Shown: positions 45,628 through 59,020 of the stretch, in pieces
Position numbering within the stretch: the first letter of the stretch is position 1
How the letters are laid out: each line of letters begins with the position of its first letter
From: Setoptus koraiensis
Lineage: Eukaryota; Animalia; Arthropoda
Assembly: GCA_048013815.1 (NCBI GenBank)
Contig: CM106585.1
Coordinates: forward strand, 12,152,001-12,216,000
Reading direction: 5' to 3'
DNA length: 64,000 nucleotides
Position numbers and translations under genes: made by a program
The notes under the pieces: model-generated
Databases searched by the model: none
Seen by the model: only the letters and a program-made list of their open reading frames with translations
Told to the model about the DNA's origin: nothing

Positions 45628-48600
45628 TCACAATTTTAGTTTTACACAAATTTCAACAATAAAGTAGCTTATGAATTTCAAGACAACTATATATATGAAT
45701 AGATAGCTAACCAATGGTACCAGTCTATCATTTTTAAGTTGCATATCCTTCATTGTAAACGGTTCGACGTCTTCACAGGACTTTATTTGGAAACCAAATG
45801 CGTTGGCCCTAGTCAATAGTTGCGCCAACTTGTTGAAGAATTTGCCTTGACCTTCCGGTCCCTCCGTTCCTTCCGCCAGTTTGCCCACATCTGTTACCTC
45901 CGCTCCCTCTGCTGCTTCGGCCCCCTCGGCTGATTTGTCCGCTTCTGTGTCACTTCTTTTGGTGATATTTTTTGGCTCTATGTTGTCTATCTCTGGCGAT
46001 AACGTCGTGACAGATTCAATGATTCTGCTGACATTTCTGTTGTTGCCTACAATATTTGTTTCCAGCTCGGTTTTTTCGAGCGCCTTGCTCTCTTCGAATG
46101 ATGACGAATATTGATTGATGTAATAGTCTGTCAGCGACATAATCTGTTTGGGTATGCCAATAATGACTGGCGTGCCACCAGGAGGTATGAGGTCCGGTTC
46201 GCAGGGACACATTCCGAACCCGTATCTCGTTATTATGAGAGCCTCAACGGAATGTTTGAAGTATGACAGGAAGCTCAGGTTTTGCAACACATACGGAACC
46301 TCTCGGATTCTGATGAGAAAACCTGATAATAATATGAATGGCACCGTTGATACTGAGGCGGAAAAGACGGCAGTTTGCATACTGTTCATGCATATTGCAC
46401 CAAATATCAAACCTTTAGCTTCGGCTATCATAATGATCAATATCAGAAGCAGACTTTGTACCAAGTAGCGCCACTGGAAATACGATGACGGTTGTCCTGT
46501 CATGACATATATTATGCCGACACTGATTGGTGGTAATAGAAGTGCCGCTGGCAGTTCGGCCAACATTTTGCCCAATATGAAGGTGGCCAGTGAGTACCAA
46601 CCATTTCGTATTTCCTTTATGAGCACATGCATTATCAAAGGAAACGATATAGCTGTGAAGGCCAGCATACACAGACCAAACGCATAATATACCATGAAAT
46701 GGAGGCCAACATTTTGGAATTGTATTCTGATGTCATCGTGTTTCTCTTGTATTTCGTCAACGCCCATGCTGGCGTACTCTAACAGATTGATTTCGGGCTT
46801 ATAAAATGGACAACCGTTAGGTATACCCATTTTCGGTCCGTAAATTAGAGCCACAACCAATGGGATAAATACGTGCGCACCAACACGTATTGTACACAAT
46901 AACGGATCACGTAAATTGGATAGAAACGCCCGTTTGGCCATCAGTGACACATGAGTCCAAAAGACGCCATCACTGTTTTTGCCACTTCTGGGGGTCTTCA
47001 CCCTAGAGTCTATTTCGCTTTTGTTGGCTGACGCTGCTGGTTGCAAAGTGTTGCCACCGAGATCCACATCGACATAATGATCTTGTTTGTTGTTTGCCAT
47101 CGTGCCCGATTTATCCCTACTGTTTGACAGTGGGTACAATTGCACAGTTGAATCTCCTTTCTTGTTTGTGTAGGACAGTTTAGCCAATGAGTCAGTTGAA
47201 GTAGCGTTCTTATGTGTCATAATGGGTGTCGTTGATGTATAATCGTGTTTGCTTGACGAATGGAAACGCTTTTGAGCCAAATTAACCAGTTTCTGTATCG
47301 GTTCACGGCCGTACTCTTCGCTGGCGATCTCCACCATGAATGAGGCCGGATTGTAGCCTTGTTGGGGCATATTGACGCCACTGTATTCGTTGATAGTGCT
47401 CTCCATTTCGCTGGGTGTTCCCTGATACAGACATTGTCCACCAACGGCCATTATGTAAATTGAATGAAACAAATCCAACACTTCACGATGTGGCTGATGT
47501 ATGGTGAGTACAATGGACATTGGATTGACCAAATTGTGAGCCTTGGAGGCTTCGACCAAATCTCTCAACACCTTCACTGTCCTGTAACAAGTAAGGGAGT
47601 CCAAACCGGATGTTGGCTCGTCCAAAACTAAAATGTCCGGCGACGACAACATCTCTTGTGCTATAGATACACGCTTGTATTGTCCACCTGACAACTTGTT
47701 GATTCTGGTGTCTCTGCATCGTTGCAGTCCCAACAATTCAATGACACGCTCAATGTTTTTGTCGTGATTAAAATCGGGCTCGGTATTTTTCAACCGAGAC
47801 GCAAACCATAGCGCCTCCTGGGTTGTTAAGTAACCAATCAGATAGTCTGTTCGGATAGAGTTATTAATTAGTTGATTGCACATAATTGGTTAGAAATTGA
47901 CAACAGCACTAATTGGAGCGATAGCTTACCACTCTGCGGTATGGTGCAGACAGTCAGATGTTTCTTGGTAGGGGCTCCTGTCACTTTTATTGAACCTTGA
48001 ATGGCAGTACGATGTTTACCAAACAAACTGTGCAACAGAGAAGTCTTTCCGGCTCCTGTTTAGTGTCAGATCAGTTCGTTAATTATTGTTATTGATTATT
48101 GAATATTTTAATCACAGGTATGACATAAATGAAATGAATCACTTACCACTTGGGCCCAGAATGGCCGTTATCTCGCCCGATCTGATGCGCCCATTGACTG
48201 TGTTCAATATTAGTTTGTTTCTCTGTGGCTTGTCGCTAATTGTTGAATCATCACTTGAGCCACACAAGCCTGCTGTCAAATTGGACAGACTGTATTTTTG
48301 GTACCATTTTTGTTGCACTTCCAAACACACATTGGCCCATTCTATTTCAAATTGATCCTCGTCAGTGTACATCTTTCTAACCGACTCTCTTGGCTTGCCT
48401 CTGAACAGCGCCATCAAGGGCGACCTCCTAGGTGTTCGGGGACTCTTACCTGTGCCTATGCTGAGCATAGACACAGACATTGTTTCGGCCGATGGATCGT
48501 TGGCGTTGGGCGACAAGCTATGCTGCTGCTGATGACTCTTCGAGGAGCCCCCCTTATTCTTTCTGGTGCCCAACGGAGTCGAGGGAGCCGACACGGGCGC

Positions 48601-49059
48601 GGTAACAGGCATGTCGATTGCAACAGCGGACGATTGTTGTTGTTTTGCTTGCGATGGTGGCGTTACACTTTTTTGTTGTATTGCTGAATTATTAGAGGCA
48701 GTATTTGGCGTTTGTTGTTTGTCACTACTGTTAGTCACATTATTTGCATGAGCATGATCAGGCTTGTTACTGGCGTTTTCTTGTTGTTGTTGTTTATTGT
48801 TGTCTGTTGTCGACTGACCATTGGCCATGGAGGACACAATTTTATTATTGACACTGTCTGTCATATCAACAGAGTTTGCATCAACAAATATATCACCATC
48901 GTCGTTGTTGCCTTTCGAACTGTCGCTGGCATCGCCAACATCAACCTCTTCGAACACAAACACCGGATTCTGGTGCCCATTGGCCGACTGTTGCTGTTGC
49001 TGATTGGCATTACCCGATGACGAGTCACCTACAACCTTGAAGCCTGTTAGTGTGGCCAT
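45628..49059 (-). CDS. ABCG (White-family) half transporter, about 1085 aa; complement(join(45628..47846,47930..48055,48147..49059))
   Basis: Walker A GPSG|AGKTS is split by a 91-nt intron; a second intron is 83 nt. Signature LSGGQYKRVSIA, Walker B ILVLDEPTSGLD, C-terminal ABC2-type TM domain. GTAAG..CAG introns restore the frame. Confidence 0.9.
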
Positions 49060-52000
49060 ATTGAACTGGTAATAATTAGAATAATAATTGCATGCAAACT
49101 GTGTTGTTGGTTTCGAAGCTGTTTCTTATGTAATATGATTTTATTTCAAAATGATGATTATATTGACGATTCCTCACTGTGGTTGTTGCGCTCGATATGG
49201 TTGTGGCATTGGCTTGTAAAAGACACTAGCATTGATTGATTGGCTCAGTTATCGGCTTCGATTGGATATACACGGCCCCATGAACAACACTCTGGTAAAT
49301 TGTGTATTTTCGTTGTGACGCTTTTGTTGTTTGTATGCCAATATGACAATAATGCCGGTAGCAAACAATTTGATTATTGTGATGATGCTTGTGTTGATCG
49401 CACTGATTCTCAACGCCTCTGATTATCAAAGTATTTGAGGCAAACACACAACACACATGAATGTTAGTTTTAGTAAAAATGGTCGAGAAGTTTAACAAGA
49501 AAAAGTGTCTCTCGCTAGCTCACAAAACGAGTGTTTGGTTAGGTGATGATCAATGAGTCAGTCAAACAGCCAGCCAGCCAGCCAGTCAGTCAGTCAGTAC
49601 ATTATACTAAATAGTTACGTCGTCATTATATATATTCTTTAAAGAAAGTGTTAATAGTTACGATCATTTACATCAGGTTTTTCTCATTGAACGCGCGCTA
49701 GCTCGCTTACACTTACAACCACAAATTTAGTATTTATGCTCTATCCACTTGTTGTTGCTGTTGTTGCCGTTCTTCTTCTTCTTCTTCTTCTTTACTGGCT
49801 CGTTGTCGTCTTCTTTATCTTCGTGCTTAGTCTTCGCTGTCGTCGTCGTTGTCGCTGTCGCTGTCGTGGTGGTTGCCGACTGAAAGCCTTATCGTTACTC
49901 TCTGGTATGTGTGCAATCTCTCTTTCCACATGCCGTTCTTTAGAGGATGATGCTGTTGAGCTCACTTTCATTGGGTAAGAGAGTTGCTGACGTCGTGCCC
50001 CCCATCACCCCTGTTCTCTCTGGCTTGTGAGTTGTGCAAGTGAGAACCATTAAAAGAGGGGAAGCGAGAGTGAGACAAGCGAAAAGAATCCAGTTATCAT
50101 CTGTGTTTAGAAGACTGCTTGCTATGTTGAAAGCATCACAAACAACAACAGCAACAAGTAGCAGTGTCACGTATCATGATCTAACTGTAAGGTGCAAACG
50201 ATAATTGATGACGACATAACTTCATTAATCATTAGACAGGAGCAAAGATGAGGAAGATATTGATTATGTTTATGTGATGCGATGTCTCTTCTTCATCGTC
50301 GTCACGTAATAGTAATCGTCGCATGTATAGGTTACTATGGTTGTTATTATTGTGTACTTTGAAGAGTGTGTGTAAATATAGGAAGGCAAAGGGTTAATTA
50401 AACTGGCAGCCATTGTCTTACAATTGGCTCAATAAGCAGCAACGCAGATTCTTTGTTATACCCAAGCTATACTGCTCATGCACTAACTATCGTCGAGCCA
50501 ACAATAACCTGTTGTCAAGATCAATAGCAAGTGATCTTTTAAGGTTAACTACTCTACTGACTACTAATATATGTTAGTAATCATGCTAATAACACTAGTA
50601 TTAGCTAATATTAGCTCATTAAAACTGATAATAGTTATATCAATACTAATACCATTTTGCCGATAGATGCTACAATTATACCAGTTATAATCATCATAAT
50701 GGTAATAAGAATAATAATAACAACAAAACTCTAGCTTTTTTCGCTGTTATTATTATTATTATTTGATTACGACCGTTCAAGGGCTCCAATGTGTTTATAC
50801 GTGGCTACTACTATCCAGCTAATGCAGCTATGACAAAATAGTATTGATGAGATTAAGTCGTTGATATTACTATTATCGTCGGTGATATTATCGTAGTCGG
50901 ACTAGTCTCAGCTCGCATTCAACACAGCGAAGATGGAGGATAAAGCAAAAATAAGCTTCACTAGCTGGATCGGCAAGTATTAATATAATAATAGTAATAA
51001 TTCAATACCATCGGCTATCAATTTGACAATGAAGGTTGCGCCTAAATCACAGCTCAAACAAGTTGATCATCACAACAGTGCATGTCATGATACTGTCAGA
51101 CTGACAGTTAATCGCTCGACCATCGAACCCTTCGTTGTTGTTATGAAATAGCTGCCACTGGTGAACATTTGATATTACATATAGAGTATAGTAGTATTAA
51201 TTGAATATCAATTAGTCGAGAATGACCCGTGTGCTACCAAATAAATATGAATTGCAAACAATGGCCAACTGTTGGCCATTTCTAACCTTTCTATACTGGC
51301 AACGACGATCATTACTATCAAACCTTGACAACGGGGCGTTTTTTGTGGACTGGCGTAGCTGGATAGTGGTGGTAGGAAACAAAAAATGATTGAATGAGCA
51401 GCTACAATAGTAATAGAGGCGGATTCAATCTGATTTATCTATTTTGTGGTGAAAGGTGTACCCTTTTCGGACTCGTTACAGCCGATCGACAGCATCATCA
51501 ATGCATCGGCAATGCCATTCGCTGACTTTATTCACGACTAATGCGACGACAAGCGAAAATTCAAGTAGCCTGAAAATAATAATTCAATAAATCACACACT
51601 CTCATATGCTAAGGGGAAACAAAAACCTAAATCTGTGTTCCCTTATCCGTCATAGTCTGCTATCTAGCGTATGCCTAATACACCAACTTTTTGTTGGCAA
51701 GATCAACTTTTGGCTAGTAGGGCTAAAGTTTGGTGGCTCCCAAAGACAGAAAATATGCATATATTGCAGGGTTATCATGATAGTTTCACTTGATCATCTG
51801 ACTATTGTGAGCATCAAGCGACTATTCAAGCAAACTATTTAAGAAGATTAAGATCATGCTCATATTCATCAGAGAGCCAGAGATATGTGACCATCAATGC
51901 AAGAAATGATGTAAGTGAGTAGCAAACGTCATATGAATGACACTGGTAGACAGGTCTTGGCTCACCCGTATAATTTGTTTTCTTTTTTGTTTTTGTTGTG

Positions 52001-54700
52001 CTCAACCAACAGGTGAGCCGAGTGTCGCCATAATGATGAGCGCGGCATCATCACGAATGATAAATTAGAAAGTTTTCTTCTCTCTATTTCTTTGCTCATT
52101 TGCCTATGTTTATGATGCCGGCAACCATGATGACGATGCTTATCATGATGATAATGCGTTGCGCTGCTCATTCACGTAGACCTTCTCGAGGGTATCACCA
52201 AAGTGATAGAATAGTTGTAGATTGAACATGGCAAGTAAGTGTTTTTCCAGACTAAACTGCTCCAGCAGCCAACAGCAGCAGCAACATTAACTATGAGCAA
52301 CCGCAAACACACCAACTTAAAACAAGTAAAAGCAATCAACAATGAAAGACACAACACCAACAACTACCTGTAGCAAGCTACAGGTTTTACCAGCAGCCGA
52401 CTGCTTTTCCATCTAGTGCCAAGCCAGCTTGGCTATTGCCGGCTGGCTGACTGGTTGGCTGGTGATCTTGAACTTGATTTCGCTCTTTCATTTTATTTTC
52501 TACATGCATCCAATCGATGTACTCATGAGAAATGGAGAGCTTTCAAGTGTCGATTGAGTCCTGGTGAGCGTATCTACTTCATCTGTTGCTTGAATTGGAT
52601 TTGTGCAACTCAAGTTGATTGCAGAGTGTGTGTGTGAGTGTTTATAAATGCTAAATAATGCAAACTGGAAACTATATATGTATATATATATATTCATTAG
52701 TTTTGATCTGAAGATGATGCCAGCCAAAGAGAGAGAGAGAGAGAGAGAGAGAGTTCTCTGAGAATAGTATCAGTTCTTCCTTTAAACCTCTAAAGCTGCT
52801 TCATTACAGTGGCGCTGTCGAAACGGGCAAACCTGCATCACCGACACCGTCAGCTAATCAACAACAACAACAACCATGACGGATACAGCTTTCAAAAGAA
52901 GAAATTCTATCGCTCTCTTGAATAAAGGTTAAATGTTACTCGAACAGCATATAAATAACACGGGCGAGTCGCTGGTGCTGTTGTTGCTGTCGAGCATCAA
53001 TTCAATATAGTTTTTCCAATAAATTCCCCAACAGAAACTCAACTAACTAACAGAAACTAACGAGCGAATAACATAAGGCTAAAACAATCACACGGACGAT
53101 ATTATGAGATTACTACATCACTATTAAAAGTCAATTATACCTGATAAAACAAAACTTTTTCCTTATTTGCTTTTTAGCTTTCGAATGACTGTCATTATCA
53201 AGCCCTCCATTTTTATTCTATAATCTCTCTTTCACTCTCACTGGCTGAATCTAATCCCGGCATGCCACGGTAACGGCAGTAACGATCTTGACTATTGTGC
53301 TATCGCTAATTAGCATGTTATTTCTTAATAGTCAATTGTATACATCAGCATTATATAATATTTGTACTGGAATTCGTGTGGGCTTCCAATCTGGCTAACA
53401 GCATGTCGTGACGGCGGCCACAGGGAGTGAGAGTGCATCATTGCAACAAAGTTACTAAATCTAAATAAGTTACATATCGTGTCTCATTCATGAGTTTATC
53501 CTTCTTGTCGTTTACCTTTATTTTGCTGGGCCAACCTTGGCCGTAACGAGCAACTTTCAATGGAGCCCAATTAATGGTTGCAAAAGCTCATAAGAACGGA
53601 CATCCCATTAGCCGCTTCATTGATTGTCCAGCGGAAGTATTGCGATGGGTGATCCATGAGCCTGAGGTTTGTTCAGGAATGATACCGTTGGAATATGAAG
53701 TGTCCTCACTGAGCACCGGATGCGATTGGTCACTCACGAGACCAGTCGGCCGGTAACTTTTGCAACTTCCTGTAGATATCTCGAGTGGTTTTTATTCCTA
53801 ATGAGCTTCACAAAAAAAACATAAAATAAAATAGAATGAGCGATAACATGATATAAATGTGCAATCACTCAGTAGTCTGCCAAAGAGAACTGAACTCAAC
53901 AATCTCTGAGGAGCACAAGGCTCGGTAGGCTCCTAGTGAATGCCGGATACTTGGTGTTACGTGTTATCGACGGGAAACCCCAATGGACAACGTTAAATGT
54001 GTGCAAAATAAACATGGGGACACGTGACAAGTTAGATCATAGGGAGGTCACGAACGTACTGTTCTACATTTGGATACATTGTATTTGGGTCGGATAAAAT
54101 ATCGAGCATCATCCTCGTCACCTAACAAGTTGTAAGTATAGTGTATTATAGTTTGCAGTTATTAGTGCGTCCATATGAATTTGGCGTCTATTTTGATTCG
54201 AAACTTGCGCCAACAGTTGGCGTGCTGAACAACAACACTGACGAATCCACCAGGATAACACTGCGCATGTGCCACAAATATTTCCGGCTCTGCCAGAGAA
54301 AAACATGTGAATGATTTGCCTGTGTTAGCTGCATGCGATCCCTGAAATAGCCTGTTACCGTACCATTGGTAGTAAGAGAAATTTCTGTCACCCATTTACC
54401 AAGCCTTAATTTAAAAATTATAAAAATCTGGACATCGTTGTACTTCACCCAGCTACTCTATTATAATCAAAATCTTGTCACTGGTAAGTCTCTTAATCAG
54501 AGCGAAATTTTCAGTAGCTCAACAGTCGACTTTAGATATCACAATAGCGCTAACTCAACCTCTTCTTCTCTTATTCTCTACAAACATCCGCCTGAACAAT
54601 CTCTCTGGGATATTCACACATTCGATTTATATGTTTTGACCTGCCGCAACAGACGATTTCCTATTAGAACCAAAAAACTAAACAAAAAATTCAAATCACA

Positions 54701-55042
54701 ATGGCCTCTTCAGACGAACTAGCATGTGTATACTCAGCCCTCATCCTACAAGATGGTAACAGCCCCGTTACAGCAGAGAAAATTCAAGCTCTCCTCAAAG
54801 CCGCCAATATCGATGTGGAACCCTTCTGGCCAGGTCTGTTCGCCAAGGCAGTAGAATCAATCAACCTCAAGGATCTAGTGTCTAATGTAGGATCAGGAGT
54901 GGGATCCGGTGGTGGAGCTGCACCTGAGGCCGCTGCCCCCGCAGCCGCCGCCCCTGCCGGTGACGACAAGAAGAAGAAGGAAGAGAAGAAAGAAGAGGAG
55001 GAGGAAGAAGATGAAGACATGGGTTTTGGTCTGTTTGATTAG
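54701..55042 (+). CDS. RPLP1: 60S acidic ribosomal protein P1, intronless
   Basis: ELACVYSALILQD, VEPFWPGLFAKA, Ala-rich hinge, C-terminus EEEEDEDMGFGLFD; AATAAA at about 55048. Confidence 0.97.
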   Translation: MASSDELACVYSALILQDGNSPVTAEKIQALLKAANIDVEPFWPGLFAKAVESINLKDLVSNVGSGVGSGGGAAPEAAAPAAAAPAGDDKKKKEEKKEEEEEEDEDMGFGLFD

Positions 55043-55208
55043 ATTGGAAATAAAGTACAAATAAAAAAACAGCCGCAATCAAACTAAGTTCATTCTGATT
55101 TGCAACAATTGATTATTATTTAAATAAATAGAAGCCATGATTTTTGTCGAACAAAATTACTTTTTCTTTTTTCATCAACGAATACTCTATGTTCAAGGGT
55201 AGTTGTTT

Positions 55209-56186
55209 TCAATCATACATAGAATATATTTGTTGCATTATTCTTGCATAATCATCCTTCTGCTGGGGAGTCATCTTGAGCACGTGCTCATCAGTAATTT
55301 CGTTTATAGGCACGGACTGCTGCCCAACGCTAATCATAAGAGGCGAATCATCTTCTTCATCTTCCTCGATATATGTATGGTTACCGTTAGTTATGGCTGT
55401 TGAACATTCCTCTCGCAATAGTAAAGCTTCAACTTCTGGATTCCTGATTTCTGAGTTCTTCTTAGGCTGAGACTCTCCTAAATCTATGGCCACACTAGCC
55501 CAGTCCTCAGAGGAAGCGTCTTCGGACGATATTTTGGTATTAACTGATGGAGCTGCTTGTTCTTGAGTTGTCGGGGGTAAAGATCTGTCGGCCTCTAAAA
55601 TAGACCATTTGATATTCTCAGTTTCTTGGAGTAATGTATAGATTGGCTCCATTTGTTGATTGAAATTAGCCATAACCATTCTAGAGTCGGCTTTGGGCTG
55701 GACATTGGGGTCCTCGTCGACAATGCCATCACAGTAGGAACATCTGAATTGCTCAGGAAATTGTGGATCATATATTTGAGCGGCATCGAGATCAGTGAAT
55801 GTTTTGTTACAAGATTGGCATATAAAGCTGGCCCTTGAAGTTAAATCACGCTCCTCCGTTTCTAATTTTCTCCTCATATGATCTATTTTATATTTAACGA
55901 CATTTACAAACATTCTATAATTTATACTATAGTAATTATGGCGTGTAGATTTAGAATCTTCTCCGGTTAACATAATTAGGCGGACGTTAATGAATTTATC
56001 TTGTTTTAATTGCTGTATAATTGCTCTGAGATGTTTTCTCTCAAATTTTAATATCTCTATTACATCATCCTCCTTTGTCTCTCTTCTTCTAATTAATAGA
56101 TCAATAAGAATTTTCTGCTCTATGCTGTAGAAGTGTCTCATAATAAATTGTATTAATTTTGTCAATGGAGGTGGAATATCGTCCAT
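55209..56186 (-). CDS. GTF2E1: General transcription factor TFIIE alpha subunit, intronless, 325 aa
   Basis: Winged helix (INYRMFVNVVKYKIDHMRRKLE), zinc ribbon CQSC..FRCSYC, FNQQMEPIYTLL, acidic C-terminal domain ending MTPQQKDDY. Confidence 0.92.
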   Translation of the reverse strand: MDDIPPPLTKLIQFIMRHFYSIEQKILIDLLIRRRETKEDDVIEILKFERKHLRAIIQQLKQDKFINVRLIMLTGEDSKSTRHNYYSINYRMFVNVVKYKIDHMRRKLETEERDLTSRASFICQSCNKTFTDLDAAQIYDPQFPEQFRCSYCDGIVDEDPNVQPKADSRMVMANFNQQMEPIYTLLQETENIKWSILEADRSLPPTTQEQAAPSVNTKISSEDASSEDWASVAIDLGESQPKKNSEIRNPEVEALLLREECSTAITNGNHTYIEEDEEDDSPLMISVGQQSVPINEITDEHVLKMTPQQKDDYARIMQQIYSMYD

Positions 56187-56767
56187 TGTTGTTGTTTTGA
56201 AGATGAATTACCCCTTGATAAAAGAGGGTGCAATTATAGTGACTATAAATACTAATAGTGATGAGGATTGAAACTCAAGTCATGAAAGAGATTCAATGAT
56301 AATAATGTCAAAAGCTAGATAACAACAAAAGCCTGTTCATGGTGAAGCTTATTGTAATGATATCGGCAAGATTGTTTTTCTTCAGAAAATCCAGCTGACT
56401 GATCCAAGAGCTGGATATTTCCTAATGAATGTGCCAGTAAACTCGGCTTGTGTGTGTCCATAGAGAATGTGCTTGTGTGTGTGAGTGTGTGTGCAATGGT
56501 GCTACATTTTGGTACACAAAAACAGTGACACACCGTGGATCGCATCCATGTTGCGAGATTGCGCAATGCCCATTGATTGATCAAATCATCAACAAACAAA
56601 ACTTATCAAGATCCTAGAGCTCATTATTTGTCAATGGTCTCCAAAATTTGCAAGAATGTTGAGTCGCGTTAAAGACAATCCTACAGATGATGTACAGATT
56701 TATGTACAGGTTGTCTTAGGGATCTATTATGACAAACCTATCATTATCAACATTAATTAGAACTCGA

Positions 56768-59020
56768 TCAATGCGACTGGGCAATCTCCGAGAAAACTCT
56801 CAACACATCGTCTACTTTGAATGTCAAGGTAAGATTTGCATGTGGGTAGCATCTATTTATCATGTCCTGTATATTCTTGTGTTGAGAAAGGAATTCTTCT
56901 TGCATCGAGCGCCATATCACCTGAATCAGATTAGTCTCGGGCTCACAAGCGTGTTTTTCGACCTTCTTGAACATTTCTTCCAGGCCCTTCTTCACTTCCT
57001 TCAATGTGACCGAATTTATCACCTTGCGTAGTTCCTGCTTGCTGAATGCCAACTGGTAACCAATCTCGTCCTCTTTGACACCTTGGGCCACTTTGGCTTG
57101 AACTCCCTCGAAGAATATGTTCAGTCGTTCGAGTGGCCTTCCAAAATATCGAGCCACATAGTCGTTTAATGCTGCCTTGTATCGCAAGTTTGCCTCTTTG
57201 CGCTGAGTCTCAAGACACTGAACTTTCAAAGATCTTAGAGCATTATCTAAATAGTTGTAGTTCTCCAATTTCACCATCTCCTGAGGTGTCTTATGGTGCT
57301 CAATATTTTCAATTGTGGCAAAAAGTTCTGGCACTAATATCAGATACCATCTATCGATTTCTGTTCTCCTTGATTGAGTGTTCTTGAAAGCAGACTCCAC
57401 TTGCAAGGCGAAACGCTCGAATCGTTTAACGACGTTCAGCACTCCACATTTGGGTCTTTTGGGGGCTTTAGCCTCCTTGATTGTCATAAGTTGATTGTTC
57501 ATGAATCGATCAAAATTTCTTTTCACATGTATCAATATGTTCCCATAGGTCTTGGCAAGAAATGACCCAGTATCCTGAGCTGATAACACATGTTGAGACA
57601 ATCTAACAAGGAGATACATTGAATATAAACCGTCCAGGCTATCGTAATGTCTCGCAAACTCTGTGAATTCCGACTCGAGAAGTGTGAATAGATCGTCCAT
57701 CAAAGACCTCAGTGTAATGGTGGAAGGATTATTTAGGTTACTTCCGTATGATTTGGAGTTCCTTTGTGAAGATGATGACTGAAGTAGGTTGGAAATTTGA
57801 CTATTCTGACTGAGACTTGACGGAGATGGGCTGTTTATATTAAAAGACTGATGAGAAGCGGACTCGGCGGGTGCATTTGTCGACAGAGAAAAAAATTGGG
57901 TGCAAAATCTCTGTTCTGATAGACATACAGGATCTATTGCGGTAAGAATTTTCTCCACGCAAGAGTCGAATTCCTCCCATTCTGAATAACTGACCTCGGA
58001 ACTTTTACCGGATGAAGAGTCGGGTAAGTCTGCAACAGATCCACTCATGGAACTGTTTCGAGTACTATCAGACTGGGCGATAAGATTAGACTGCCTTTTC
58101 TTTGGATCGGACCCTTGCTGGTTATTTGCTGTGGCTTGTTTCGAGGATGCAATTTTGTCTTTGGCGCATTCGAAGAACGTCTTGAATTCCTTATCATATA
58201 GACCTTTGAAATTAGCAGAGTAGAACTTGACCAAGTATTCGTATGATTTGGATTCATTTTGGCGCATCCAATCCAATATGGGGTACAGGTAGAGCAAAGA
58301 GTTGTGAATAACGTCATGACCAGGGAGAGTAATAGATTCCCCGTAGATAACGTTGACTAAACTTTCTGAGTATTCACTAAGTAGATGTTGAATGGTGAGA
58401 GTGAGATGATCCGTAAATCTTTGTATAAATCGAGTTTTGACGTTATTTAGATGCTCAATCTGTTGTTGAACAGCTGTCATATAACTGAATGCTGGATGAA
58501 TATCCGCATTGATGGTGTCCTGCAAACGTTTCGCGGCAGAATCAATCAACGGTATACACTTTTCGTCGTTGAAATTAGCTTCGAGCAAGAATATAGATTC
58601 ATTTTCTGGATATGATATTTGATATATTAGTGATTCTAGAGAGTCGCAGATGTCAACTTGATTTTTGTTTCTGATTTGAACTACGTGCTCCTTTTGCTCT
58701 ACTTGCAGCACTACGTCTTTGACGTTTCTCAGTTCTAATTCATACTTTTCAATTTTATTCTCTAATTTTTCTATCTCGTTAATTGTGGTTTCAATAGTGT
58801 CCGCTAAACTCTTTATCCGATCGCCTGCCAATAGAAGCGTATTGATATTGAGAGTGTCCAAAGCTTTCAGAGATTCGACTAGATTATTTATTCCTGCCTC
58901 TGTAGCTAAGATGGTCTCAAAATTGAACTTTCCCTCGATATTGAGATATTTTGCAAAGTTGTTGCTGTTTATTTTTGATTCGCACTCTTGAATGAGTTCC
59001 TCGATTTGGGTCTCCTTCAT
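56768..59020 (-). CDS. EXOC1: Exocyst complex component 1 (Sec3), 750 aa, apparently without the N-terminal PH domain
   Basis: Sec3 C-terminal motifs: SEQRFCTQFF, HYDSLDGLYSMYLLV, HVKRNFDRF, HKTPQEMVKLENY, YFGRPLERLNIFFEGV, EIGYQLAFSKQELRKVI, LIQVIWRSMQEEF, MINRCYP. Confidence 0.93.
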   Translation of the reverse strand: MKETQIEELIQECESKINSNNFAKYLNIEGKFNFETILATEAGINNLVESLKALDTLNINTLLLAGDRIKSLADTIETTINEIEKLENKIEKYELELRNVKDVVLQVEQKEHVVQIRNKNQVDICDSLESLIYQISYPENESIFLLEANFNDEKCIPLIDSAAKRLQDTINADIHPAFSYMTAVQQQIEHLNNVKTRFIQRFTDHLTLTIQHLLSEYSESLVNVIYGESITLPGHDVIHNSLLYLYPILDWMRQNESKSYEYLVKFYSANFKGLYDKEFKTFFECAKDKIASSKQATANNQQGSDPKKRQSNLIAQSDSTRNSSMSGSVADLPDSSSGKSSEVSYSEWEEFDSCVEKILTAIDPVCLSEQRFCTQFFSLSTNAPAESASHQSFNINSPSPSSLSQNSQISNLLQSSSSQRNSKSYGSNLNNPSTITLRSLMDDLFTLLESEFTEFARHYDSLDGLYSMYLLVRLSQHVLSAQDTGSFLAKTYGNILIHVKRNFDRFMNNQLMTIKEAKAPKRPKCGVLNVVKRFERFALQVESAFKNTQSRRTEIDRWYLILVPELFATIENIEHHKTPQEMVKLENYNYLDNALRSLKVQCLETQRKEANLRYKAALNDYVARYFGRPLERLNIFFEGVQAKVAQGVKEDEIGYQLAFSKQELRKVINSVTLKEVKKGLEEMFKKVEKHACEPETNLIQVIWRSMQEEFLSQHKNIQDMINRCYPHANLTLTFKVDDVLRVFSEIAQSH

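Noticed and set aside
53619-53645. TGATTGTCCA, matching the first 10 nt of miR-219
   Set aside because: The rest of the mature sequence does not match and there is no complementary hairpin arm.
2291-59020. Apparent clustering of secretory-pathway genes (RPN1, SEC11, EXOC1, ATG5) and of chromatin/transcription genes
   Set aside because: These are broad, common categories interspersed with unrelated genes, so clustering is expected by chance in a gene-dense genome.
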